From Candidatus Bathyarchaeota archaeon (GTDB lineage: Archaea; Thermoproteota; Bathyarchaeia; Bathyarchaeales; Bathycorpusculaceae), in the NCBI GenBank assembly GCA_963775925.1, contig CAVZKK010000012.1, positions 36,390-100,389 of the forward strand: a stretch of 64,000 nt of DNA. Direction: 5' to 3'. This document shows, piece after piece, positions 21,672 through 31,292 of this stretch (within the stretch, counting starts at the first letter, position 1; each line of letters starts with the position of its first letter). Both the position numbers and the translations under genes were made by a program. The notes beneath the pieces are model-generated. The model saw nothing but the letters and a program-made list of their open reading frames with translations, did not search any database and was not told the DNA's origin.

Positions 21672-23045
21672 TTGAAGGTTAAATCAATGAGTGAAGTGAA
21701 AGCCATCTTTGAACCGCGAAAGGTTGTCCTAATAGGTTCAAGCGTGATTCGGGAAAAAGTCGGAATGACTTCTCCTCAGCTTTTCAAAGACGTCAGTTAC
21801 AACATGGAGAAATTTTTCCGTGGAAAAACATATATCTTGGACTTAGATGGGAAAGCAGGCTATAACAAACTGGATAAACTGCCTGAAGTTCCAGAGCTTG
21901 CAGTGATAATACTTCCGCCAAAGCAGTCTATTATTCAAGCGGAAAAATGCGCGAAGATAGGCGTCAAAGCCCTTGTCATGATTACTGGCGGATACAAAAA
22001 CCAGCAGCGCCAGCAACTGCTTAAACTTAAAGAAGAGTATGGCATTAGAATTTTGGGACCTAACACGATTATGGGCGTAATAAACACTGTCAATGGGTTA
22101 AACACAACCTTTGAAAGAAATGTTATGCCCAAAAAGGGAAACATTGCAGTCATATCGCAAAGCGGTGGAGTCGGCGCATGCATACTTGATTGGGCATGCT
22201 TTTACAACATTGGCATAAGCAAATTTGCTTTCATGGGAGACAAAATAGACGTGGACGACGTTGACTTGCTGCAATATTTTCGAAAGGACAAAGACACGAA
22301 GGTTATATGCCTATACATGGAAGGAATAAAGAACGGGAGAAAATTCATAGAAGAAGCAAGAAAAATCGTTAAGAAAAACCCAGTTCTTGCCTTAAAAGGT
22401 GGAATAACACAAGAATCAGCCCAAAGAGCCAAGTCGCACACGGCTTCGATAGCTGGTTCAGACGAAATCTTTGATGCAGCCTTTAAGAAGGCTGGAATAA
22501 TAAGAGTTGAAAACATAGAAGAATTGATGGACGCAGCTGTAGCCCTTTCGAAGCAGCCTCCAATGTTAGGAGATAGGATTGCTATCATAAGCAATGTAGG
22601 TGGACCAGCAATACTGGCTGCAGATGCTGTTGCGGAAAACAGTCTAAAACTTGCAACTTTATCGAAGAAAACAAAAATGGAAATCGAAAGTCTGTATCCA
22701 GGCGTGGACGCAACTAACCCCATAGATATGATAGCTGACGCCAGAGCCGATCGATACAAGAAAGTGCTGGATTTGGTGCTTGCAGACAAAAATGTAGACG
22801 GTGTCTTGATAATAAACATGCTTAAGTCCTGCTTCTTCGAACCAAAAGACGCCAAGGTCATTCCAAAAATAGCGTCAAAATATCCAGACAAACCAGTTGT
22901 GGATGTGCCAGCCGGTGGAGAAGACTTTGCACTCGTGTCCCAGGTATTGGGCAGTACGAGGATTCCGTTGTATAATTTGCCTGAAAAAGCCGTTAAGGCT
23001 CTAAAAGCTTTGAGAATTTATGGTAAAATTGTTGAAAAGCATTAA
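21672..23045 (+). CDS. Acyl-CoA synthetase (ADP/NDP-forming) alpha-subunit-like protein, CoA-binding (module copy 1)
   Basis: CoA-binding Rossmann start (VVLIGSS), CoA-ligase domain, and a conserved phosphohistidine loop (KSHTASIAGSD). 457 aa, like stand-alone ACD alpha subunits. No ATP-grasp beta domain is encoded nearby. Confidence 0.6.
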   Translation: MKVKSMSEVKAIFEPRKVVLIGSSVIREKVGMTSPQLFKDVSYNMEKFFRGKTYILDLDGKAGYNKLDKLPEVPELAVIILPPKQSIIQAEKCAKIGVKALVMITGGYKNQQRQQLLKLKEEYGIRILGPNTIMGVINTVNGLNTTFERNVMPKKGNIAVISQSGGVGACILDWACFYNIGISKFAFMGDKIDVDDVDLLQYFRKDKDTKVICLYMEGIKNGRKFIEEARKIVKKNPVLALKGGITQESAQRAKSHTASIAGSDEIFDAAFKKAGIIRVENIEELMDAAVALSKQPPMLGDRIAIISNVGGPAILAADAVAENSLKLATLSKKTKMEIESLYPGVDATNPIDMIADARADRYKKVLDLVLADKNVDGVLIINMLKSCFFEPKDAKVIPKIASKYPDKPVVDVPAGGEDFALVSQVLGSTRIPLYNLPEKAVKALKALRIYGKIVEKH

Positions 23046-23104
23046 CTATATTTCGTAGATGCATAGATTCTATTTGTGGTTGTCGCCTTCCTTTAGGTGA
23101 AACA

Positions 23105-24807
23105 TTGGTTCAACATTCAAAACGCTTAAACGAGGAACTATTTGGGCAAATCCTTGACTTTTGTAGACATGTCGCTGGCTCTTGCCAAATTACGGCAGCA
23201 TGCATATGCAGTCATTACGCTTTAGGATTGTCCAATACGAAAACGGCAGTGGAAGTTTTGCTTGTAATTCGTGGTTTTCAGCCGAGGCTTATGAATTATT
23301 TGAAGGTTTTCGATGAAAGAAACATAATTGTTCTTGCTGTTGATGAAGGGGTTTTTGAAATGGATGTTGATAGAGGATTTTTGGGCGAAGCCTTGGCTGG
23401 CGGATTAATTTTTCCATACACACCTTTACTGAACGAAGTTTACTTGCATGTTCAAGAGGTTAAATTGAAAAAACGCCTAATCCTCGAACTTTTAGAAAAC
23501 CTTGTTTTAGATTTCCCAGAACTTTCCTACGAGATTCACATAAAACCTGAATATTTCATGTACGAAACCATGCTCGTTAGAGCCCGACTTTTTCCGCCAA
23601 TGATATACAATTTGCTGAGTTTTATGCGAGAAAAAAGCAAAAAAGAAAACATAGAAAAAGTTCTTCGCGGATATTCACAGGCGCTGAAAGATTTAGAAAA
23701 AGAAAAATCAATTAATTTCACAAATGGTTACGTGACAATCTCAGGACATTTTTTGGACAAAACCAGAAGCCGAAAAACCCGCTTCATAAACCTCTTTAAA
23801 CCCGCACAGAAGACCTTATTTACATCTTTACTTAGTATCTTTCCGCAAATTGTGGGCTTTCTTTCCCAAAACAAAGAAATACTCCCTAAATTACGTAGAG
23901 TGACTGAGGAAAACTCAATTGTCCATCAAATTGAAGACCCTCAAAAGTACTTGTATATTCCTACCGCCAGCGGGCTTGTTCCATTAGCGAACAAGATGGA
24001 TATTAAAGCCTTTGCGAGGGATGTTCTTTCTGCAGATAAGGACGCGGAAATTGGGATTGAGGAAATTGGCGGCGTTTTAAACGATGCCTACTTAGTTAAG
24101 ATCCCAGTAAATGGTCAAGAGCGAAAAATTGTTGTTAAAAGGTTTAGGGACTGGTCGAGTTTCAAATGGTTTCCGCTTACGTTATGGACTGTTGGAACCA
24201 GAACCTTTGCTGTTTTGGCGCGTTCAAGACTTGAAAGGGAATGCGCCATAAACCAACTGTTATATTCAAATGGTTTTGCTGTTCCAAAACTTCTATATGT
24301 AAATCATGCTGAACGTTTAATTTTCATGGAATATGTGGAAGGCGAAAACCTTGAAAAAGCAATAAGAAGAATCATGGTTTCGAAAAACGCTGACGAAATG
24401 AAGAAGGACTTAAGCATCATAAATAACGTAGGTGAAAAATTCGCTAAGGTGCATGCTCTCGGCATCGCTTTGGGCGACACAAAGCCAGAAAACATTGTGA
24501 TTGGTAAAAACGGTGAAGTTTGCTTGCTGGATTTTGAGCAAGCTTCGCGGAATGGTGACAAGGTTTGGGATATTGCAGAGTTTTTGTATTATGCTGGACA
24601 TTACATTTCACCGTTTGTTGGTGTCGGTCAGCCGAGCTTATTGCAAAGGCTTTTATTGAGGGTTATCTGAAGGCTGGAGGAAACGTTGAAATTGTTAAAG
24701 AGGCTGGAAATCCGAAGTACACAAAAGTTTTCAGCGTATTCACATTTCCACACATAATTTTTGTTATTTCCAACATCTGCAGGAAAGCTGATAAATTGAA
24801 GGAATAG
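23105..24807 (+). CDS. Two-domain protein: N-terminal nucleotidyltransferase-like domain (degenerate in this copy) plus C-terminal atypical protein-kinase-like domain; frameshift near 24620 (module copy 1)
   Basis: Kinase-fold landmarks: VVKRF lysine, catalytic GDTKPENIV, metal-binding DFEQA. The C-terminal 60 aa continue in the 24565-24807 ORF, by analogy with the contiguous copy-2 sequence. The N-terminal region aligns with copy 2's GS...DEKTDVNVLLVID nucleotidyltransferase motif but has lost the aspartates. Confidence 0.5.
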
Positions 24808-24809
24808 AC

Positions 24810-26145
24810 ATGGTTAAGCATAAAACAACTCTGACCTTCTACGGTGGAGTAAACGAAATCGGCGGAAACAAAATCCTACTTCAAGACAGAGACGTCAAAG
24901 TTTTCTTCGATTTCGGCATGTCCTTCGCTTTGAAGAAGCAGTATTATTCTCCGCCTTTTCTTTCGCCAAAAAGCGAAAAAAGTTTACAAGAGCTTGGGAT
25001 TCTGCCAAAAATTGAAGGCATCTACATTGATGAAAAATCTCCAGAAATCGACGCTGTTTTTATTTCGCATGCACACATGGACCATTCTGCCTACATATCT
25101 TTCATAAACCGTGAAATCCCCGTATACTGCGGCGAAACAACAAAAATTATTTTGCAAGCATCAAGTGAAATGCGTAGAGCCGATTTAGAGTTCAACGTTG
25201 AAAATATAACTTTTAAGCCTTTCAGAACAGGCGATAGCATCACTATAGATCATCTGAAAATTGAGCCAATTCACGTTGACCATTCTATTCCAGGCGCCTA
25301 CGGCTTCATTATCCACACCACTAATGGTGCTGTTGTCTATACTGGAGATTTTAGGGCTCACGGGGCGAAACCTGAAATGACATCTGATTTTGTTGAGAAA
25401 GCCAAAGAAGCCGAGCCTGTGGCTGTTGTTACTGAAGCTACGAACATGACTGGCGCATCTGTTTCTTCGGAAGGTGAAGTTGAAAACAAATTAAATAGTA
25501 TTGTTGGGCAAGCAGATGGCATTGTGCTGGCTGATTTTGCTTACACGGATGTTGACAGACTTAATTCATTCTATCGAATAGCCAAGAAGAATGGGCGATG
25601 CCTTGCTGTTTCACTTAAGCAAGCCTATTTGATGAACGCACTGCGGAAGGATAAGGGCTTGAGCATTCCAGAGCTTAAACGATGAGAATATCTTGATTTT
25701 TCGAAAGTCGAAGAAGAAGTATGACAATTGGGAAAGCCAAATCATGGAAGAATACCCGAATAAGATTGTTAATGTATTCGAAGTTTCGAAGCAACAGTGC
25801 AAAGCCATCCTAGCCATGTCCTTTTATGATTTGGAGGAACTTGTGGAAATCCAGCCAAAGGCAGGTAGCTGCCACATTTTGTCTGCTTCTGAACCCTTCA
25901 ACGAGGAAATGGAAATAGACTTTGAAAGGCTTGTTAACTGGCTTAAGCATTACGGCTTACCACAATATCATGCCCATGTATCGGGGCACATAATGCCGCT
26001 CCAACTGAAAGCTATTATTAAAGAGATTAGCGCAAAAAAGATTTTTCCCATTCACACAGAAAATGCAGACTTATTCACCAAGTTCATGCGAGACCTAAAA
26101 AGCCAAACAGTGCAAACAGAAAAGTGCAAGGAGTACAAAATTTAG
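24810..26145 (+). CDS. RNase J-like beta-CASP metallo-beta-lactamase, frameshifted near 25685
   Basis: HAHMDHS (HxHxDH). Beta-CASP-like DHSIPGAYGF...YTGDFRAHG. C-terminal H-containing motif (HVSGH). The two ORFs total about 440 aa, as in archaeal RNase J. Confidence 0.55.
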
Positions 26146-26152
26146 CAATACT

Positions 26153-26746
26153 TTATTCTCTCCACATTTCAGCCACTTTTTTTCCAATCAGGCCATAGAA
26201 GAAGCAACTAACAACGAATTTTGCTGCTATGACAATTGAATTTCCCACGAATATCCAAACGGGAACCATAAGCACTAGATCAACCACAAGAAGAATGATG
26301 AACAGGATAAGTCCATGAAAAAAGATGTTCGTGGCTGAATCTTTCATAGAAAATCCCCAAACAAATCTGGACACAATGCTATTTGCCACTCCAACTATAA
26401 TGAAGAGAAGAAGTATGCCGATAATTAGTCCTATAAGACTGCCGATTAAAATTAAAAATACTCCAGTTAATGCCCAAACAATTTCAAGCGCAAAGAACAG
26501 CCCGCTGAAGGCAATGCCGTGAACGAAAAATTTCACCGTCTTTTTCCATAATGGGGTCGTGAGAGAAGCCATCTTAGATTTTTTAACGTCAAAGTTGCAT
26601 TTTTGGCATGTCCAAAAACCTTTTCCTTCACCGTTTTCATAATATTCCATGGGTTGTCCACATTTCGGACAGTTTTGGTGCTCAAGAACGTCGGACTTAC
26701 TCCAACTTTCTTGTAAATCCCTTATTGTACTCTCCCTATCGCTCAT
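26153..26746 (-). CDS. Membrane protein with an N-terminal zinc ribbon
   Basis: CPKCGQ...CQKCNF followed by four predicted transmembrane helices. Confidence 0.45.
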   Translation of the reverse strand: MSDRESTIRDLQESWSKSDVLEHQNCPKCGQPMEYYENGEGKGFWTCQKCNFDVKKSKMASLTTPLWKKTVKFFVHGIAFSGLFFALEIVWALTGVFLILIGSLIGLIIGILLLFIIVGVANSIVSRFVWGFSMKDSATNIFFHGLILFIILLVVDLVLMVPVWIFVGNSIVIAAKFVVSCFFYGLIGKKVAEMWRE

Positions 26747-27013
26747 TGCAATTCTTCAATTTTATCTTATCGTGTAACAGCTTAAATAATTTTGTTTTCG
26801 ACATTTTATAACCTCGCAGAATTAAACCAAAATTATGCAAGAGACACACACTGAGTTACGTATAATTACTGGAATACATGTTAAAATTGCTTCATAGCAA
26901 CAATCTGGAGCGCTTCTCTTTTCATGAGTAATTTGTGCTTGCTACATAGCCAACAGAGTCAAAAGCATGCGTTAATTATATCTGATTGAAATAACTTACT
27001 CTCTAGTCACTAT

Positions 27014-27921
27014 GATCTCTATAATTGGCGCGGGAAAGTTGGAAGTGCTGCAGCATTCAACATTTTAAGGTATAGAATCAGCGATGTTGTCCTAATAGAC
27101 ATTGCCGAAAATTTGGCCAAAGGCGAAGCACTTGACATGATGCAGACTGCGCCTGCAATAGAGTTTGACGGAAAAATCAAAGGAACCAGCGATTTCAGCG
27201 AAATGGAAGGCTCAGAAATCGTAATCGTAACTGCGGGCGAAGCGAGAAAACCTGGAATGACAAGAATTGACCTTGCGAACAAAAATGCAAAGATAGTTAA
27301 ATCCATAGTGAAGGAAGTTGTGAGGTACGCTCCTGAATGCAAGCTTATGCTTGTGACAAATCCAGTTGACATCATTACATACATAGCCTATAAGGAATCA
27401 GGCTTCGAGAGAAACCGTGTTTTTGGAATGGGCAACATCCGAGATGCTCTACGTTTCAGATCTCACATTGCACTGGAACTGAATGTTTCGAGAGAAGATG
27501 TCCGTGCCTTAGTTATAGGCGAACACGGTGATTCCATGGTTCCTCTGTTGAATATGCTTCTGTGTCGGGAATACCCATAACATGTTTGCTTAGAAAAAAA
27601 CAAATTGAGAAAATAGTTAACTTAACAATAACTTCCGGTTCTGACGTCATTAAACTGAAGGGATCAACAACTTATGCGCCAGCAGCAGTCATCGGAATTA
27701 TGGCAGATGCCATTCTCAGAGGCAGAAACAGAGTAATGGGTGTTTCGACTTATCTACAGGGTGAATACGGATTTTCAGACGTTTCAATTGGTGTGCCAGT
27801 AATCCTCGGAAGGAATGGTGTTGAAAAGATTTTGGAGCTCGAATTGATGCCTGAAACCAAAAAACGCCTTGAAAAGTCTGTCTTAACTATAAAAGAGGCT
27901 ATAAAGAAACTAAGTGAATAG
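27014..27921 (+). CDS. mdh: Malate/L-lactate dehydrogenase (LDH/MDH family), with at least two frameshifts
   Basis: The Rossmann GAGxVGS motif is recovered if one A is added to the gggaaagttgg run near 27040. Substrate/catalytic segments include DIVIVTAGEARKPGMTRIDL and IGEHGDSMVPL. The C-terminal part lies in the 27562-27921 ORF. Confidence 0.75.
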
Positions 27922-28044
27922 CGTGTGCACTGTTTTCGTTGAGTATTAACGTTTGATATTTAGGGTGAATTATTAGGTTTTGTCGTGTGTGGGGATTCAT
28001 AACGTATAAGTTAAAGTATCAACTCTTGATATTTACGATATAAA

Positions 28045-28284
28045 ATGAAAGCCGACACAAAGCTTGACCGCCGAATGCGAGTTCTCTTCCACACCTTAGG
28101 CTTAAGCTGCCTAGGCGGCGCCATATTTCTCCAAATCCTAGTTTTCACGGACATACTCCAACATGGATACTTCATAGCTGCGGAAAACAACCCAGCAATT
28201 TTAATATTTGAAATAGTTTTAACGTTTTTCGCCCTTATTTACTTCATATACATATATCAACGCTTCATCCGCTCAATAAAATAG
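28045..28284 (+). CDS. Small two-helix transmembrane protein (paralog of 40211-40450)
   Basis: 79 aa, about 45% identical to the 40211 ORF, with the same hydrophobic layout (LGLSCLGGAIFLQILVF...). Confidence 0.45.
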   Translation: MKADTKLDRRMRVLFHTLGLSCLGGAIFLQILVFTDILQHGYFIAAENNPAILIFEIVLTFFALIYFIYIYQRFIRSIK

Positions 28285-28412
28285 CCGATGTTAAGCATCA
28301 AAATTTAAAAAACCTTTTTGAAAACCGCTAAGCAGCAAAGGAAGTAATAGAAAGTATTAAATAAGGTTCGATTAAACTCAGTCAATGGTTTTCAAAATTT
28401 GAAGGTGGAATA

Positions 28413-29139
28413 ATGAAAAACATAAGAAAACTAGCCTTAATCTTAATCATCTTTACCCTCACATTCGCGCCGCTCTATGGAGCCAAAGGGCAACAACTGA
28501 CGGAAAACATGCAAACATTCTTCGACCATGAAATTCTAGGAATTCAATAACCGTCAACGCTACAGCAGAAACCCATCCAAACGAAAACATAACTATCAAA
28601 CTATTCATAATTCCACTGGGGAAGAAGTTTGCATAAAATATTTCAATTTAAGCGTTTTCGGCTTCATAAACGGTACATACAAAACCATGATTTACAACAT
28701 AACTGTTAACAACTTTCCATTTAACGATACTTTTACAGTTCCTGAACAAGTTTGGGGTGTATCCTATGGGGAAATCACGTTAACATACGATGTAAAATAC
28801 GTCATGGACCAAGGCCCTACAATAACAATACCATATGAAAACTTTATTGGTTTTCCAATGACCCGTGTTAAAAACGTTTACTTGGAAACAGTCGAAGAGC
28901 AGCTTAGAAACTTGAACAGCATTTTTGAGCAGCTTAATCAGACTTTTTGGCAGATGTTTCAAATGAACCTTACGGAAGAAAGCTTGGCTAACTTGAACGA
29001 GACTTATTGGGGTCTTAAAGGAAGCTCAAATGAACTTGGTAACACAAGAATGGCAGTGGGCATCTTAGCGGTAACAACAGTTTTCTTCGTAGCCACAACG
29101 CTTTACCTTGTTATGCGAAAACCCAGAGAAAGTTGGTAG
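28413..29139 (+). CDS. Secreted, probably N-glycosylated, C-terminally membrane-anchored protein, frameshifted in the 28530-28690 region
   Basis: A signal peptide (MKNIRKLALILIIFTLTFAPLYGA) opens a 46-aa ORF. The frame continues without a Met into the 28687 ORF, which is rich in NxT sequons and ends with a transmembrane anchor (AVGILAVTTVFFVATTLYLVMRKPRESW). Confidence 0.35.
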
Positions 29140-29153
29140 CGTTTCTTTCCCCT

Positions 29154-30023
29154 TTATTTTTTGTGCAAGTTTTGGGCTGCAATAGACGTTAAGCCTCTTT
29201 CGGTTAGGGCTTTTGCTGTTCTATTTACAGCATCATGTTTGTCCAAGTAATTGTTCAGGAGTTTTGGCATCAGTCCTTTCTCTATTATTTCTTTTTTAGG
29301 CATGAAATAGTCTAAGATGTCAGAAGGGTGTTCTCGTTTTCTGTCAACTTCTGGGATTCCGCCTTCATGTTTGGCGCTTATATTTTTGACATGATCTGCT
29401 ATTTCTAGGAGTTCGTTAAGGCGGTCATAGGGTTGCCTCACAATACTTTTTTGTGTTTCCACAATGTGGTGTTCGATGCGGACTATATCCTCAAAGTTGA
29501 AGGCCTTCCTAATGTAGGCCGACAGCTCAATTGTTTGATTGTCGACAGAGTTTGAAAGGTTAAACCCGATAAGCGGAGTTGTGCCATCCTCTCGGCTGAA
29601 GAGTTTCGCCGTCATCAAAGTCCAAAATATTGAATATGGATTATCGGTACCCAAAAACACTGAAATCTTGAACTCTATGTCAATTCCAAGTTTGTGCAGT
29701 AAATATCCTAGCAAGACGGTTCCCGAGTTTGTGTTTAAAACTTGCGGAAGACCATATTCAGTATAATAGTGCAGAAACTCGTCAACCCATTTCAAAGCGT
29801 ATTCATTTGGCACTCCTACGCCTCCAAAATAGCCCGTTATGGTTTCGGGTCCTCCCAAATGAACGTTGATGGGTTTGCCGTCCGGTCCCGACATTGTTCC
29901 TTTAGTGTCTAATGTTTCCACATAAGAAGCGCCTATGATCTGCATTGCGGCTGCAAATGCTAGAATGTCATCATCCTCAACCTGTTCTTCCATGCTGCGG
30001 ACGCGTATGTAGCGGGCTGGCAT
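29154..30023 (-). CDS. Conserved hypothetical protein, family unassigned (paralog of 52461-53378)
   Basis: 289 aa, about 75% identical to the 52461 ORF. Shared blocks include HLGGPETITGYFGGVGVPNEY and HEGGIP. I can see only a weak, unverifiable resemblance to the TIM-barrel subunit of B12-dependent aminomutases. Confidence 0.5.
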   Translation of the reverse strand: MPARYIRVRSMEEQVEDDDILAFAAAMQIIGASYVETLDTKGTMSGPDGKPINVHLGGPETITGYFGGVGVPNEYALKWVDEFLHYYTEYGLPQVLNTNSGTVLLGYLLHKLGIDIEFKISVFLGTDNPYSIFWTLMTAKLFSREDGTTPLIGFNLSNSVDNQTIELSAYIRKAFNFEDIVRIEHHIVETQKSIVRQPYDRLNELLEIADHVKNISAKHEGGIPEVDRKREHPSDILDYFMPKKEIIEKGLMPKLLNNYLDKHDAVNRTAKALTERGLTSIAAQNLHKK

Positions 30024-30224
30024 TAGGTCTTGTTGGGCAATTGCTCTTTTTGCCTCTTCTATGAGCCATGGGAAAAAGTTAAAGGCGCTAATTTCAAGCG
30101 TTACTGAAAAGGATTCGATTAAATTTCATGGAATCAGCTTTTTTTCCTAAAATTTTCCTTCGATAGTCTGGTATGCTGATGAAGGCTTCCTTGTCGCGTT
30201 GTTTAATGAGCCACTCAAGGTCTT

Positions 30225-30443
30225 TCACGAAAGGTGATTTCTTTTTCTAAGGCGTTTCATCAAGTTTTCAAGTTTATGGTTTTCCCTAGCCTTGCGATTG
30301 ATCTCTTCAACACTGCCATATTTCTCAACAATTCTGAGCAAGCCATTTATGAGGGAATTATCCTTTTTCAACAGGAAATCATTAATCTTTTTCAAATTGT
30401 CTTCGCTAATCTTCAATTTTTCTTTGATATCCTTCATGAACAA
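30225..30443 (-). CDS. Small helical protein (intact copy; the disrupted paralog lies at 53560-53760)
   Basis: 72 aa, K/E-rich. Upstream partner of the 29154 gene. The homologous DNA next to the second paralog carries frame disruptions. Confidence 0.4.
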   Translation of the reverse strand: MFMKDIKEKLKISEDNLKKINDFLLKKDNSLINGLLRIVEKYGSVEEINRKARENHKLENLMKRLRKRNHLS

Positions 30444-30634
30444 TCCATCCTAGTATTTGTGTGTATTCGGGTTTTTGGCAATTTAAGTATTTTCAATTTA
30501 TTCCTTATACATTTGAAGCCAAATTCGTGAATGATATCTATATTGATTTCATGAAAGAAAGGCGAAAACAAAATTCATAACTCTAGCGAATTGCACAAAC
30601 TATAGAGTTTCGAGAGAACAAACTCTCTAAAGCG

Positions 30635-30653
30635 TCTAGACCCCCCTTATATA
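30635..30653 (+). promoter_or_regulatory. TCTAGACCCCCCTTATATA motif, copy 2 of 3
   Basis: Reverse complement of the 6971 motif. About 200 nt upstream of the minus-strand start at 30443. Confidence 0.4.
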
Positions 30654-30710
30654 CAGGTTCAATTTTTGGTTGAGATTATGATGTCGTAGGCGAAGAGTAG
30701 TCTCTGGGTG

Positions 30711-30733
30711 GTCTAGCCCCTCCCTTATATATA
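30711..30733 (+). promoter_or_regulatory. GTCTAGCCCCTCCCTTATATATA motif, copy 3 of 3 (variant)
   Basis: About 70 bp from the 30635 copy, in the same orientation. Confidence 0.35.
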
Positions 30734-30950
30734 GCTAGCGTTCTTGTTCAATCAGTTCATATACAACTATTCCGCAACTGTGCTTCGTGTTATCTATTTT
30801 GGGTTGCATATTTACTTGTGAATTTGGTCCTGCACACCTCAGTCTATGAAATCCATGAACTTCTGATGAATACCATTACGCTTCTATTATGCTGAAACTG
30901 TTACAGCACACGCGAAATTGAGACTGTTTTCAAAACGATGTTTTTGCTCC

Positions 30951-31286
30951 TCAACTTGTTTTGCTGTCTTTTTGTGCTTCCTCTAGTTGTTTGGGTTTTC
31001 CAAATCGTGTGAACTTCTCTAGAACTGCTTTGACTGTATCCATTACTCTAACCGCATCTTGTGGGTATATTCTCGGATCCCTAGACGTGTTTACAAGCTT
31101 CATCAACTCAAAAACGCTGAAAGTTATATCCTCAACTACTCTAGGTATATCTCTAGCGCCTGAAGTTCTCCTAAATTCTTTCAGAAGATCAACTACTGAT
31201 GGACTCAGATCACTTACTGTTATTATGTTTTTTTCTTCCTCAGTGCTCTGTGGTTCCTGTTGTTTGGTCTGCTCTTTGCCACTCAT
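30951..31286 (-). CDS. Hypothetical acidic protein, co-directional and immediately downstream of the flotillin gene
   Basis: 111 aa ORF. Its start lies 7 nt after the stop of the upstream flotillin gene. Confidence 0.35.
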   Translation of the reverse strand: MSGKEQTKQQEPQSTEEEKNIITVSDLSPSVVDLLKEFRRTSGARDIPRVVEDITFSVFELMKLVNTSRDPRIYPQDAVRVMDTVKAVLEKFTRFGKPKQLEEAQKDSKTS

Positions 31287-31292
31287 GTTTTA

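Noticed and set aside
6971-30653. Whether the inverted TCTAGACCCCCCTTATATA copies at 6971 and 30635 are terminal inverted repeats of a 23.7-kb mobile element
   Set aside because: The interval contains core housekeeping genes (lonB, hemL, mdh, an ABC exporter) and no integrase or transposase. A promoter or operator motif is far more likely.
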